Shown here: one piece after another, positions 18,477-26,913 of the stretch
Position numbering within the stretch: the first letter of the stretch is position 1
Layout of the letters: each line of letters starts with the position of its first letter
Assembly (NCBI GenBank): GCA_016180525.1
Contig: JACPBB010000002.1
Location: forward strand, 225,044-289,043
Reading direction: 5' to 3'
Origin: Parcubacteria group bacterium
GTDB taxonomy: Bacteria; Patescibacteriota; Minisyncoccia; Phycocordibacterales; UBA2135
DNA length: 64,000 nt
The notes under the pieces: model-generated
Databases searched by the model: none
What the model saw: the letters and a program-made list of their open reading frames with translations, nothing else
Told to the model about the DNA's origin: nothing
Position numbers and translations under genes: made by a program

Positions 18477-19943
18477 ATGCTCAAAGGATTTCACTTCAAT
18501 ACATTTTGGCAATTTGTTTTTTTAGGCACGATTGTGTTTTTTATAATCGGCATCTTTCTTTCAAGCCTTGTCCGTCCAACGCTCGTGCATTTTGTGCTAC
18601 GACAGCAAGAGCTGACGACTGTCGTGTTTGCAAACAGGCTTGCCGCGGAACATTTATTTGCTGAAGATTTTAAAAAACCGGCAGATGAAAATTCTCGCGT
18701 GCGTTTTGAGGCATTTGTTGACGGCCTTCAAATTCCTGGATTGTTTCGGGTAAAATTTTGGAATCCAGATGGAGTTATCGTGTATTCTGATGAGCCACGT
18801 CTTATCGGACAAAAATTTTCTCTGACCGAAGGGCTACAAGGAGCGCTTGACCTTAAATCTGTCGCTGAAATTGAAAAATTCAAAGAAGGGGATCCGCATC
18901 ACGAGTACGAGACATCTTTTGTCGAAGGGCTTGAAATATATGCGCCCATTACCTTTGGCGCTTCGCCCAAAATTATCGGGATTTTTGAAGCATATGCCCG
19001 AACAGGATTCCTTAACGAACAAATTAATGAACTTCGTAATTTATTCATAGGACGAATTATTATTTCATTGACACTCATGTTTTTGGCACTCTCGTTTATT
19101 GTCTGGCGTGCATCCCGCACGGTAGCTCGTCAGGGAGTAAAGCTACAGGCATACGCGACTGGTCTTGAAAGAATGGTTGAAGACAGAACAAAAAAACTGA
19201 AGGAAGCATCGGAAAGCGAAATTAAAAAAGCGAAAGAATTGATAAAACTCAAAGACCAGTTTGTATTTGTTGCGGCTCATGAATTACGTACCCCCGCAAA
19301 CGCGATTAAATGGGGACTCGATGCCTTTAAGATGGATTCCCCGGATATTTTTGAAAAGAAAAAATCTTTTTTGGATATCATAAAAAATAGCAATGAACGA
19401 CTGTTGCGACTTGTAACCGACCTTCTTGAGGTTGCCCGCATTGAGGGAACAACAATTACCATTGACATAAACAAGGTTTCCATTCCCGAATCTCTCGGTG
19501 AGGCAATAAAAGAAACTGAAGGGATGGCAAAATCTAGTGGTGTTGGGGTTGTCAACAATATCCCAAAAGACATTTCTTATGTACTTGCTGATCCTGTGCG
19601 GCTTAAAGAGGTTTTTATAAATCTTCTGACAAATGCGATTAAATACAATAAGGAACGCGGAGTCATTACGATTTCTTCGGAACAAAAAGATAGTTTAGTT
19701 ATCATTCATGTGGCTGACGAAGGTATTGGCATTAGTTCGGAAGACCAAAAACACGTGTTTGAAAAATTCTGGCGTTCAGAATCAGTGCACGGCATTGAAG
19801 GCACGGGTCTCGGTCTTTTTATCGTAAAACAGCTTGTTGAACTGATGAACGGCGAAATCTGGTTTGAGTCTAAACCGCAACAGGGAACAGTGTTCTCTTT
19901 TTCACTCAAAAAATATTTAGGAGATAAAAGAAATAAGTCATAG
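18477..19943 (+). CDS. Sensor histidine kinase (two N-terminal TM segments, HisKA, HATPase_c)
   Basis: H-box ELRTPANAIKWGLD; N, G1 and G2 boxes including GTGLGLFIVKQLVELMNGEIW. Starts 11 nt after the preceding gene. Confidence 0.85.
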   Translation: MLKGFHFNTFWQFVFLGTIVFFIIGIFLSSLVRPTLVHFVLRQQELTTVVFANRLAAEHLFAEDFKKPADENSRVRFEAFVDGLQIPGLFRVKFWNPDGVIVYSDEPRLIGQKFSLTEGLQGALDLKSVAEIEKFKEGDPHHEYETSFVEGLEIYAPITFGASPKIIGIFEAYARTGFLNEQINELRNLFIGRIIISLTLMFLALSFIVWRASRTVARQGVKLQAYATGLERMVEDRTKKLKEASESEIKKAKELIKLKDQFVFVAAHELRTPANAIKWGLDAFKMDSPDIFEKKKSFLDIIKNSNERLLRLVTDLLEVARIEGTTITIDINKVSIPESLGEAIKETEGMAKSSGVGVVNNIPKDISYVLADPVRLKEVFINLLTNAIKYNKERGVITISSEQKDSLVIIHVADEGIGISSEDQKHVFEKFWRSESVHGIEGTGLGLFIVKQLVELMNGEIWFESKPQQGTVFSFSLKKYLGDKRNKS

Positions 19944-19946
19944 TTT

Positions 19947-20498
19947 ATGCGCATGCCTATAGGCACAAAAAAATATTTCTTTGCTCTGTTGCTGGGAGCT
20001 TTGTTCATATTTTTTCCTCTTTTCGTAAGCGCGCATGTGGGACTTGGAATGTATGCGGGTACGCACGCGGTTGCGCTTGTGGTGGAGCCACATCATTCTC
20101 CGTTTGTCGGGGAAGACGTATTTTTCACGTTTTACATGAAAGACCTGCATGGCTATTTCCCGACAGAGCCGTTCATTACCTCTGTAATTATTCAAGAAAT
20201 AACAAAAGACAATGAAGAGCTCAATATCGTCGCGCTTGTTCCTGAGACCGTTAAGAGTGGCGTATATAAAACATCGTATCGATTTAAACAAGCGGGCCTT
20301 TACAGAATTGAATTTGGCTTTGGAAAGGCCGATGAGCCGGATGTTATACGAGATGCGGTATTTGAAATTGAAGTACGAGACCCGGGATACCCGATTTCCG
20401 CAAAGATGGCGCCCACGATTGTTCTTTTGGGGGTCATTATTTTTGTTTTAGGAATATTGACGGAGAAATATATACGCGATAGAAACGCTTTTGAGTAA
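19947..20498 (+). CDS. Exported protein with N-terminal signal and C-terminal TM anchor, unknown function
   Basis: Starts 3 nt after the kinase stop. Hydrophobic N-terminus and C-terminal TM APTIVLLGVIIFVLGIL. Confidence 0.4.
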   Translation: MRMPIGTKKYFFALLLGALFIFFPLFVSAHVGLGMYAGTHAVALVVEPHHSPFVGEDVFFTFYMKDLHGYFPTEPFITSVIIQEITKDNEELNIVALVPETVKSGVYKTSYRFKQAGLYRIEFGFGKADEPDVIRDAVFEIEVRDPGYPISAKMAPTIVLLGVIIFVLGILTEKYIRDRNAFE

Positions 20499-20544
20499 CG
20501 CATACTGATTATGATAGTATAAAGAATATAGACATTGTTTTTTT

Positions 20545-20925
20545 ATGGAAACGCAAAGCAAAAAAATTCTCATCATTGAAGATGATAAAGATCTCGCTCA
20601 CTTTTTAGAAGAAGTTCTTAAAAAAGAGCGATACTCTGTTTTCGTGGCACACGACGGCAAAGAAGGTCTTGCAAAGGCGCTTGCGGAAAGTCCGGATCTT
20701 ATTTTTCTTGATGTGCAAATGCCCAAGATGAACGGTATAGCGTTTTTAAGGGAGTTGCGGAAAGACAAAAAGGGAGTTGCCATTCCTGTTATTGCGCTCT
20801 CTAATATTGACGACGCGACCACGGTGAGCGAACTTATGGTTGGGAATGTAAAAAATTTCTTTGTGAAGACAAATCTAAGTCTCCCGGATGTCATCGTAAA
20901 AGTAAAAGAGATACTGGGAAATTAA
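20545..20925 (+). CDS. Single-domain response regulator (CheY-like receiver)
   Basis: ILIIEDDKD ... DLIFLDVQMPKMNG ... conserved Lys region; 126 aa. Confidence 0.8.
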   Translation: METQSKKILIIEDDKDLAHFLEEVLKKERYSVFVAHDGKEGLAKALAESPDLIFLDVQMPKMNGIAFLRELRKDKKGVAIPVIALSNIDDATTVSELMVGNVKNFFVKTNLSLPDVIVKVKEILGN

Positions 20926-20975
20926 ATGTAGTCATTGTTTTTGCGGCACTTCTGTACTACAATAAAAACATTCTT

Positions 20976-21365
20976 ATGGATACACAAAAGAAAAAAATTC
21001 TCATTGTTGATGATAACAAAGATTTACGAGGCGTTTTAGTAAATGCTCTCCATGCCGAAAATCTGACGGTTCTTGAGGCGGGAAATGGGGAAGAAGGCCT
21101 TGCTCTGGCGCTTGCCGAGCACCCCGACATGATACTTCTCGATATCGTTATGCCTAAAATGGACGGAGTTACGATGCTTCAGAAATTAAGAAAAGATAAG
21201 TGGGGGCGAGATGCCTGGGTCACCATGCTTACCAATTTAACTGATGCCGAAAAAGTTCACGCTGCCATGGAAGAGGGGGTATATGACTTTTTAGCAAAAA
21301 GTGATTGGGCGCTTGAAGATTTGTTGTCAAAAATACGTCTTAAATTGAATATTCCAACAGGCTAA
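20976..21365 (+). CDS. Single-domain response regulator (CheY-like receiver), paralog of the preceding gene
   Basis: ILIVDDNKD ... DMILLDIVMPKMDG; 129 aa. Confidence 0.8.
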   Translation: MDTQKKKILIVDDNKDLRGVLVNALHAENLTVLEAGNGEEGLALALAEHPDMILLDIVMPKMDGVTMLQKLRKDKWGRDAWVTMLTNLTDAEKVHAAMEEGVYDFLAKSDWALEDLLSKIRLKLNIPTG

Positions 21366-21439
21366 ATTAACGGCGCACGCACCTTTTATATTTTACACCA
21401 AAACTTGACTAATGAATTATTTTATAGTACAATAACCAT

Positions 21440-21739
21440 ATGTCAAAAGAAAGACCTAACCAAGCTAATCAAAATAAACATGAGCACGTTGCTGAAGGTG
21501 TAAAGCTTTCTCCCGAAGAAATTCAGCATCTTTTAAATAAGTATGGCGAGAGAGGACTTGAAGAGGATCCAGAACATTCTGAGTATTTAAAAATAAGAAA
21601 CACAAGGATTCAGAAGTTAAGCACAATTGGCAGGATTGGTGCAAAAAAAGGAGCTGATGGTCGTCTCATGGGCGGAAAACCAAAAAAAATCGAGCAGAGA
21701 ATAAGAGAGCTCCTTGGTCTTGAGGAAGAAAAATGGTAA
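21440..21739 (+). CDS. Hypothetical small basic protein (99 aa)
   Basis: ORF followed by the hairpin terminator AAAACACCTCGTTTTAAACGAGGTGTTTT. Confidence 0.3.
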   Translation: MSKERPNQANQNKHEHVAEGVKLSPEEIQHLLNKYGERGLEEDPEHSEYLKIRNTRIQKLSTIGRIGAKKGADGRLMGGKPKKIEQRIRELLGLEEEKW

Positions 21740-21798
21740 ATCACTCAAATTCATAATTCAAAACACCTCGTTTTAAACGAGGTGTTTTGAATTATATC

Positions 21799-21838
21799 CA
21801 CACTCCCCTGGATTCGAACCAGGGACCGCAGAGGTATA
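21799..21838 (-). pseudogene. tRNA 3' half fragment (anticodon stem 3' strand, T arm, acceptor 3' strand) of a paralog of the adjacent tRNA
   Basis: Minus-strand reading: TATACCTCTGCGGTCCCTGGTTCGAATCCAGGGGAGTGTG. No matching 5' half is adjacent. Confidence 0.55.
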
Positions 21839-21875
21839 TAAATATATAATTTCTTCGTTCGGTCGAAATATAATA

Positions 21876-21960
21876 ATGTGCTTGTTGGTGTGCGCGCCAG
21901 GATTCGAACCTGGAACCGCAGAGGTATAAGCTCTGTGCTCTACCGTTGAGCTACGCGCAC
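21876..21960 (-). tRNA. tRNA-Ile (anticodon UAU), CCA encoded
   Basis: GTGCGCG-TA-GCTCAACGGTAGAGC-A-CAGAG-CTTATAC-CTCTG-CGGTT-CCAGGTTCGAATCCTGG-CGCGCAC-A-CCA. Cloverleaf folds; anticodon loop CTTATAC. Confidence 0.65.
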
Positions 21961-21986
21961 ATTTTATATTTCTTCCTCTCTCGAAA

Positions 21987-22025
21987 TTATAAGCTCTGTG
22001 CTCTAACCAACTGAGCTAGGGGTGG
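21987..22025 (-). pseudogene. tRNA 5' half fragment (acceptor 5' strand, D arm, anticodon stem 5' strand and loop start) of a paralogous tRNA
   Basis: Minus-strand reading: CCACCCC-TA-GCTCAGTTGGTTAGAGC-A-CAGAG-CTTATAA, then unrelated sequence. Confidence 0.55.
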
Positions 22026-22084
22026 GTTCATTCATACAATACTATGTATTACTCATTTTTTCAATTCTCAAATATTTAAATTCA

Positions 22085-22125
22085 AAAAACATTCTAATAT
22101 TCTGGAGAATATTAGAATGTTTTTA
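22085..22125. terminator. Perfect 19-bp-arm palindrome AAAAAACATTCTAATATTC-TGGA-GAATATTAGAATGTTTTT; bidirectional terminator-like. Copy 1 of a conserved palindrome.
   Basis: It abuts the 3' end of recG (minus strand). The 20-nt core CTAATATTCTGGAGAATATTAG is identical to 57934-57955. Confidence 0.6.
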
Positions 22126-22133
22126 CCCTTAGT

Positions 22134-24386
22134 TTATTCAAAATGGATTTTTTCTCCTGTCTCGATCTGTTTAGCAATAAGCGGATATTTTTTAAATGTG
22201 GGATCTTTTGAGATGATATTTTGCGCTTCGGTGCGCGCCGCCTCAACCATTTTTATATTTTTGATTGCCTCCATGCCGATGTCAGAAATACCCCACTGCT
22301 TTCTTCCGGAGAGTTCTCCGGAGCCGCGCATTTCTAAATCAAGTTCCGCAAGTTCAAATCCGCTTTTTGCTTTTTGAATTGCCTTAAGTCGCTCAATTGA
22401 TTTTTTGCTTTTTGTATCCGCAAAAACATAACAATACGCTTGATGGTTGCTCCGCAATACCCGTCCGCGTAACTGATGTAGTTGCGCAAGCCCAAATCGC
22501 TCTGCGCCTTCAATCACAATCATAGTAGCATTTGGAACATTTACACCGACCTCAACAACCGAGGTTGCCACAAGAATATCTATGTTTCCATCGGAAAATT
22601 TTTTCATTATGTTTTCTTTTTCTGCGGGCCGTAACTTGCTGTGGAGAATTTCTATTTCATATTCCGGAAATACTTCTTGTTTCAGTCGTCTTGCTTCTGC
22701 TTTTACCGATTTTGTGTTGAGCGCAAGGAGTTTTTTGGGGTCTGGCTCATCAATTCTCGGACAGATGACATACAACTGCCGGCCTTCTTTGAGGCGCGTG
22801 GCAATTTCTTCATATGCTGCACCTCGTTTATCCGGAGAAATAATTTCCGTAATAATTGGCTTTCTGCCGACTGGCATTTCGTCAAGAAGCGTTAAGTCAA
22901 GATCTCCAAAAACAGTAAGTGCAAGCGTGCGGGGAATAGGGGTCGCAGTCATTGACAGCAAATGCGGTGCCGCGTACACCCCATCGTTTTTTTTGGATAA
23001 TTTGGCTCGCTGCATGGTGCCGAAGCGGTGTTGCTCGTCTATAATAATGAATGCCAAGTGTTTAAACGAAACAGTTTTTTGAATAAGGGCGTGTGTGCCG
23101 ATAAGAATTGGAATTTCTCCGTTTTTTACCCATTTTAAGAGCTGGGCTCGTGAAATATCCGTTGCACTTTTGGGATTTACTTTTGAGGGAAATTTTTTGC
23201 ATCCACTTCCCGTTATAAGACCGATCTGTATGGGCATATGTGAGAAATATTCCATAAAAGATTGAAAGTGTTGCTGTGCCAGAATTTCTGTCGGTGCCAT
23301 ATATGCTATCTGTAAATTTCCAAAATTTTGGCCTTTGGGTTGTGATGTTACGACTGCGTATGCGGTGATTGCCGCAACGGCAGTTTTTCCCGAACCCACG
23401 TCTCCTTCAAGAAGTCTTGACATCGGCTCGTCTTTTTCAAAGTCGGATAAGATTGTTTTAATAGCCGTCTCTTGTGAATTTGTGAGCGTAAAGGGGAATC
23501 TGTCAGAAAATGTTTTTATCTGTTCCCCATTAGATTCAATGGTATATGAGGCATTATTTTTATATTCATGCCGTATTTTTTGTCGTGACAGCTGAATAAA
23601 AAAAACCTCCTCAAACGCGAATCGTTTTCGCGCGGAGATACGATGCGACTCTTTCTGCGGATTATGAATCCATACCAAGGCTGTTTTTAATTGTGGAAGA
23701 TTATATTTTCCTAAAATATTTTTCGGAATTGAGTCTTTTATATCCTCATGCACCTTCTCACGCAACAATTTTTTGATTGCGTGATAAAACCACTTTGAAG
23801 TTATTCCGCGGCTTTCCGGATAGACGGGGTACATCATTGTTGTTCCGCCATCTAACGCGGTATTTTTTTTGCGTGAATGATATGAATGTTCAAATTCTGG
23901 ATTTGCGACATAGAGCTTTCCGTTTCTCTCTCCGATTTTTCCTGAAAACCGCAACTCTACTCCTATTTTTAATTTGTCCGCGATATATGGTTGGTGAAAC
24001 CATAATGCCTTAATTGCCCCAGTGTGATCTCTTATTTTCGCTTCGGTCATTATCATCCTTTTTCTGAATGCTCGGATTTTTTTAACGCTCTCTATCGTGC
24101 CGTGGAAAGTGGCAACGTCTCCCCTCTGGAGAAGGGAGATTAGTTTTTCGTCCGCAACTGATTCGTATCGTGAGGGAAAGTGATACAGTAGATCTATCAT
24201 TGTTACAATTCCCAATTTTTTAAGGGCCGCTTTTTGGTAGCGTGTAAGCCTAAAAATGTTTTCAAGCGCTGTACTCGGGTTCATTTCTAAAGCATATCTT
24301 TTTGGGACTTTTTTGGGAAGTTTACATTTGCTAGTAAGCGCCTTGTCAAAATTCATGCAAAGCATATACTTTCTCATAGAATACAA
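22134..24386 (-). CDS. recG: ATP-dependent DNA helicase RecG
   Basis: N-terminal wedge region; helicase motif I GDVGSGKT; motif II DEQHRFG; C-terminal helicase domain. 750 aa. Confidence 0.85.
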   Translation of the reverse strand: MYSMRKYMLCMNFDKALTSKCKLPKKVPKRYALEMNPSTALENIFRLTRYQKAALKKLGIVTMIDLLYHFPSRYESVADEKLISLLQRGDVATFHGTIESVKKIRAFRKRMIMTEAKIRDHTGAIKALWFHQPYIADKLKIGVELRFSGKIGERNGKLYVANPEFEHSYHSRKKNTALDGGTTMMYPVYPESRGITSKWFYHAIKKLLREKVHEDIKDSIPKNILGKYNLPQLKTALVWIHNPQKESHRISARKRFAFEEVFFIQLSRQKIRHEYKNNASYTIESNGEQIKTFSDRFPFTLTNSQETAIKTILSDFEKDEPMSRLLEGDVGSGKTAVAAITAYAVVTSQPKGQNFGNLQIAYMAPTEILAQQHFQSFMEYFSHMPIQIGLITGSGCKKFPSKVNPKSATDISRAQLLKWVKNGEIPILIGTHALIQKTVSFKHLAFIIIDEQHRFGTMQRAKLSKKNDGVYAAPHLLSMTATPIPRTLALTVFGDLDLTLLDEMPVGRKPIITEIISPDKRGAAYEEIATRLKEGRQLYVICPRIDEPDPKKLLALNTKSVKAEARRLKQEVFPEYEIEILHSKLRPAEKENIMKKFSDGNIDILVATSVVEVGVNVPNATMIVIEGAERFGLAQLHQLRGRVLRSNHQAYCYVFADTKSKKSIERLKAIQKAKSGFELAELDLEMRGSGELSGRKQWGISDIGMEAIKNIKMVEAARTEAQNIISKDPTFKKYPLIAKQIETGEKIHFE

Positions 24387-24400
24387 ACAAAAGGAATCTC

Positions 24401-24682
24401 ATGAGTTTCCGTACCCAGCTTAAAGTCTTTGGGATAATGGCATTTGTTGTCGTCGTTGCGCTCTTTGCGTGTGAACGTAGCCTTCCGATTAAAGGAGAAC
24501 AATTTGAAGCACTTAGATCTTTGTGTGAATCTCATGGAGGCATTGATCGCGTGGTCTATAATCTTGATGCGGATGCAGAGACATTTGGCCTTACAACTCT
24601 ACCCGTACCCAAAAGGGTTGTTTGTAAAGATAAAAGTACACGCTTTGTTCCAAGAAGCATCCAAAAAATGAGCAATAAGTAG
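24401..24682 (+). CDS. Hypothetical small secreted protein (93 aa)
   Basis: N-terminal hydrophobic segment; hairpin terminator AAAACACCCCGATGTTTCGGGGCGTTTTTTT downstream. Confidence 0.3.
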   Translation: MSFRTQLKVFGIMAFVVVVALFACERSLPIKGEQFEALRSLCESHGGIDRVVYNLDADAETFGLTTLPVPKRVVCKDKSTRFVPRSIQKMSNK

Positions 24683-24721
24683 AATGTGTTCAAAAACACC
24701 CCGATGTTTCGGGGCGTTTTT

Positions 24722-25072
24722 TTAATTTTCGTTAGGTTTGTGGATAATCGCAAGGGCGACTGCCATTGCAAGAATTGAAAGGTCGCGGAAGACAACATCC
24801 ATCTGTGACAAGTTAAAGACAACGATGAGAAAGAGGAGTATTGCGGAAACTACACTCGGGTAAAATGCCCGCTTTCCCGAGAGAAGCCAGATGGCAATTA
24901 TAATTTCTAATACTCCGAATGAATGGAGCAAAAATGCGTCATTTGGAATAAGTGCGTGCGCAAATTGCGGGAAATAGCCAATCCACGCAAATGGGTTAAA
25001 AAACGCCGATATCGCCGGATAGAGAAATGCAAACGCAAGTCCAATACGAAGAATGAGAGAAATGTGTTTCAT
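24722..25072 (-). CDS. Small polytopic membrane protein, DoxX-like
   Basis: Three to four TM helices in 116 aa. Preceded, in minus orientation, by a copy of the leader repeat that ends 1 nt before its ATG. Confidence 0.4.
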   Translation of the reverse strand: MKHISLILRIGLAFAFLYPAISAFFNPFAWIGYFPQFAHALIPNDAFLLHSFGVLEIIIAIWLLSGKRAFYPSVVSAILLFLIVVFNLSQMDVVFRDLSILAMAVALAIIHKPNEN

Positions 25073-25152
25073 GATACTAGGCTTTAGGCTCTAGGCCTTA
25101 GGCTTTAGGAAATTTAATGTCCCTAGAGCCTAGTGCCTAACGCCTAGCGCCT
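25073..25152 (-). promoter_or_regulatory. Leader repeat copy 1 (minus orientation): imperfect hairpin (C)TAGGCGTTAGGCACTAGG ... CCTAAAGCCTAAGGCCTAGAGCCTAAAGCCTAG ending with TATC before the ATG
   Basis: Same element as 32847-32917, 36394-36465 and 55224-55280. A short variant is at 48268-48307 and a degenerate one at 34519-34580. Confidence 0.7.
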
Positions 25153-25163
25153 GAAGAATTTAT

Positions 25164-25640
25164 TTATTTAACAGTAATTGTTCCTCGGTGATTTGCCTGT
25201 ATGTGGTTGTGATAGTTCCACGAGCCGACCTCGGTAAATGCAAAACTCCATGAAGACCCCGGCGCGGTAACGGCGCAGGCATCAAACGAAGAACCGAGAC
25301 AGTCGCTCGATGATTTTTTGGGATAGAGCGAGTGTGTTGGGTGAATAGCCGAGGCAACCCACAGAGAAAGCTCACTCTCATTTTTAAACATCACCGTTTC
25401 TCCTGCCTTTATTTCAACAGTTTCAGGGCTGAAACCGTCTTTCGTGTAGGTGACGACTGTGGCAGATATTTTTTCCCCTGCTTTGTTGAGAGTAGAGGGC
25501 AGAGGAGTATTTGAGACCTCCTGTTTTACCTCTTGCATTGAGTTTGTTTCTGGCGCCGCGGCTTTTTTATTAAAGAAAAAAAGACCACCAACAACGACGA
25601 GAAGCACGAGCACAATTCCTAAAATAACTTTAGACTGCAT
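25164..25640 (-). CDS. Secreted protein with a His-rich cupredoxin-like domain (third paralog)
   Basis: Signal/TM N-terminus; GETVMFKNESELSLWVASAIHPTHSLYP...WNYHNHIQANHRGTITVK. Confidence 0.45.
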   Translation of the reverse strand: MQSKVILGIVLVLLVVVGGLFFFNKKAAAPETNSMQEVKQEVSNTPLPSTLNKAGEKISATVVTYTKDGFSPETVEIKAGETVMFKNESELSLWVASAIHPTHSLYPKKSSSDCLGSSFDACAVTAPGSSWSFAFTEVGSWNYHNHIQANHRGTITVK

Positions 25641-25760
25641 ATTTTACTGTTGTAATGATTAACTGCTAATTTGTTTTAGTATACAGTATTTGCCAATTCT
25701 TTCAAGGGGTTATATTAAAAAACAGTAAAGCAAAAACTCTGGTACGATGCCCAGAGTTTT

Positions 25761-26057
25761 CTATAGCGTTTTGAGCCCTGCTACGCGATGGTTTCTTCGC
25801 ACATCAATAACGATTGAAGCAAGTTTTTTAAATCCCAGGATCATAGCCTCTTCCCTGCCGTCGTCAACTAAAACCCAATAGAGTAATCCGTCTTGAGTCT
25901 GAATGAATTCTTTAACGCGGAGCTCAAAAAATTTTTCTATCACATCCCGCGCCTCAGTAGTCGACACTCGTTTTGCAAATCTTACGATGATTTCCCCAGG
26001 AATGTATTGCATTAATAGAATTTCCCACTTTTCTATTATTAGACTATCACAAAACAA
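25761..26057 (-). CDS. Hypothetical protein (98 aa)
   Basis: ORF only; same strand as, and 24 nt upstream of, the ASCH gene. Confidence 0.25.
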   Translation of the reverse strand: MFCDSLIIEKWEILLMQYIPGEIIVRFAKRVSTTEARDVIEKFFELRVKEFIQTQDGLLYWVLVDDGREEAMILGFKKLASIVIDVRRNHRVAGLKTL

Positions 26058-26081
26058 AAATCCTGCCAGAAAGGCAGGATG

Positions 26082-26825
26082 CTAACAAATTTCGTCATTG
26101 AGATCAAAGAACAATTTATCGGTTTTAATACGACATGATGTTCGTCGCAATATTTTACCAATGACACATCTGAACATTCGTGTCTTCTTCCTGTGTTTTC
26201 TCATTGCGTATCTCTGCTGCGCTCGAGCCGCAGAGCGCGTGGGGGTAACCCACAGGCCACCTTCACAAGGTCCACGTGACACTGGCTCCCGTGGAATATT
26301 CCACTCGTTTGGCATGTATGTAATCTCTCGGGCACCCATAAGCCCAAGCGAGGAGAGATTTTCTCCGAGCACCTTATATGCAATGCCGGGTATTTTTTGT
26401 TTGTCCAGATTTTTTAATATATCAGCAGTGGGCGACCATAGCCCGAGTTTTCCATCGCAAAAGATTGGCTTTTCAAAAAGCACCGGGTTCTCAAACGACC
26501 ACATGTACGTATCGTTTCCATAGCATCGCTTTCCCCATTCAAGATGTTTCTGTCGGTGCGCGTGCCACTCTTTTTCATTTTCAATTCGGATTACGTCTTT
26601 CAGCATGACAAACCCTAAAATTGCTCCTGTGTCTTCTTTTTGGACATCTATCTTAAAATGCTCGGCGGCCATTTTGTTTATTTTTGAACCTGCGTGAATT
26701 AAGAGCGGCCCGCGGTACTTTGTGTTCCATTTTCGTATCTCCGCGCTACGGATGAGTCCATGGCTTTTTACAAATGAGCCGACAATAAGTCCCGCCCACG
26801 GCTCCTGTATAGTCAGAGCTTTCAT
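26082..26825 (-). CDS. ASCH (PUA-like) domain protein with C-terminal extension
   Basis: N-terminal MKALTIQEPWAGLIVGS ... YRGPLLIHAGSK resembles the ASCH beta-barrel signature. Confidence 0.5.
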   Translation of the reverse strand: MKALTIQEPWAGLIVGSFVKSHGLIRSAEIRKWNTKYRGPLLIHAGSKINKMAAEHFKIDVQKEDTGAILGFVMLKDVIRIENEKEWHAHRQKHLEWGKRCYGNDTYMWSFENPVLFEKPIFCDGKLGLWSPTADILKNLDKQKIPGIAYKVLGENLSSLGLMGAREITYMPNEWNIPREPVSRGPCEGGLWVTPTRSAARAQQRYAMRKHRKKTRMFRCVIGKILRRTSCRIKTDKLFFDLNDEIC

Positions 26826-26913
26826 TTCGGAGCCTTTTTGTTTGTTGTTCTGTCCAACAGGGTATCACAATATTCAGATTTTAAAAAACCCGCATAGTGT
26901 GTTATGCGGGTCG

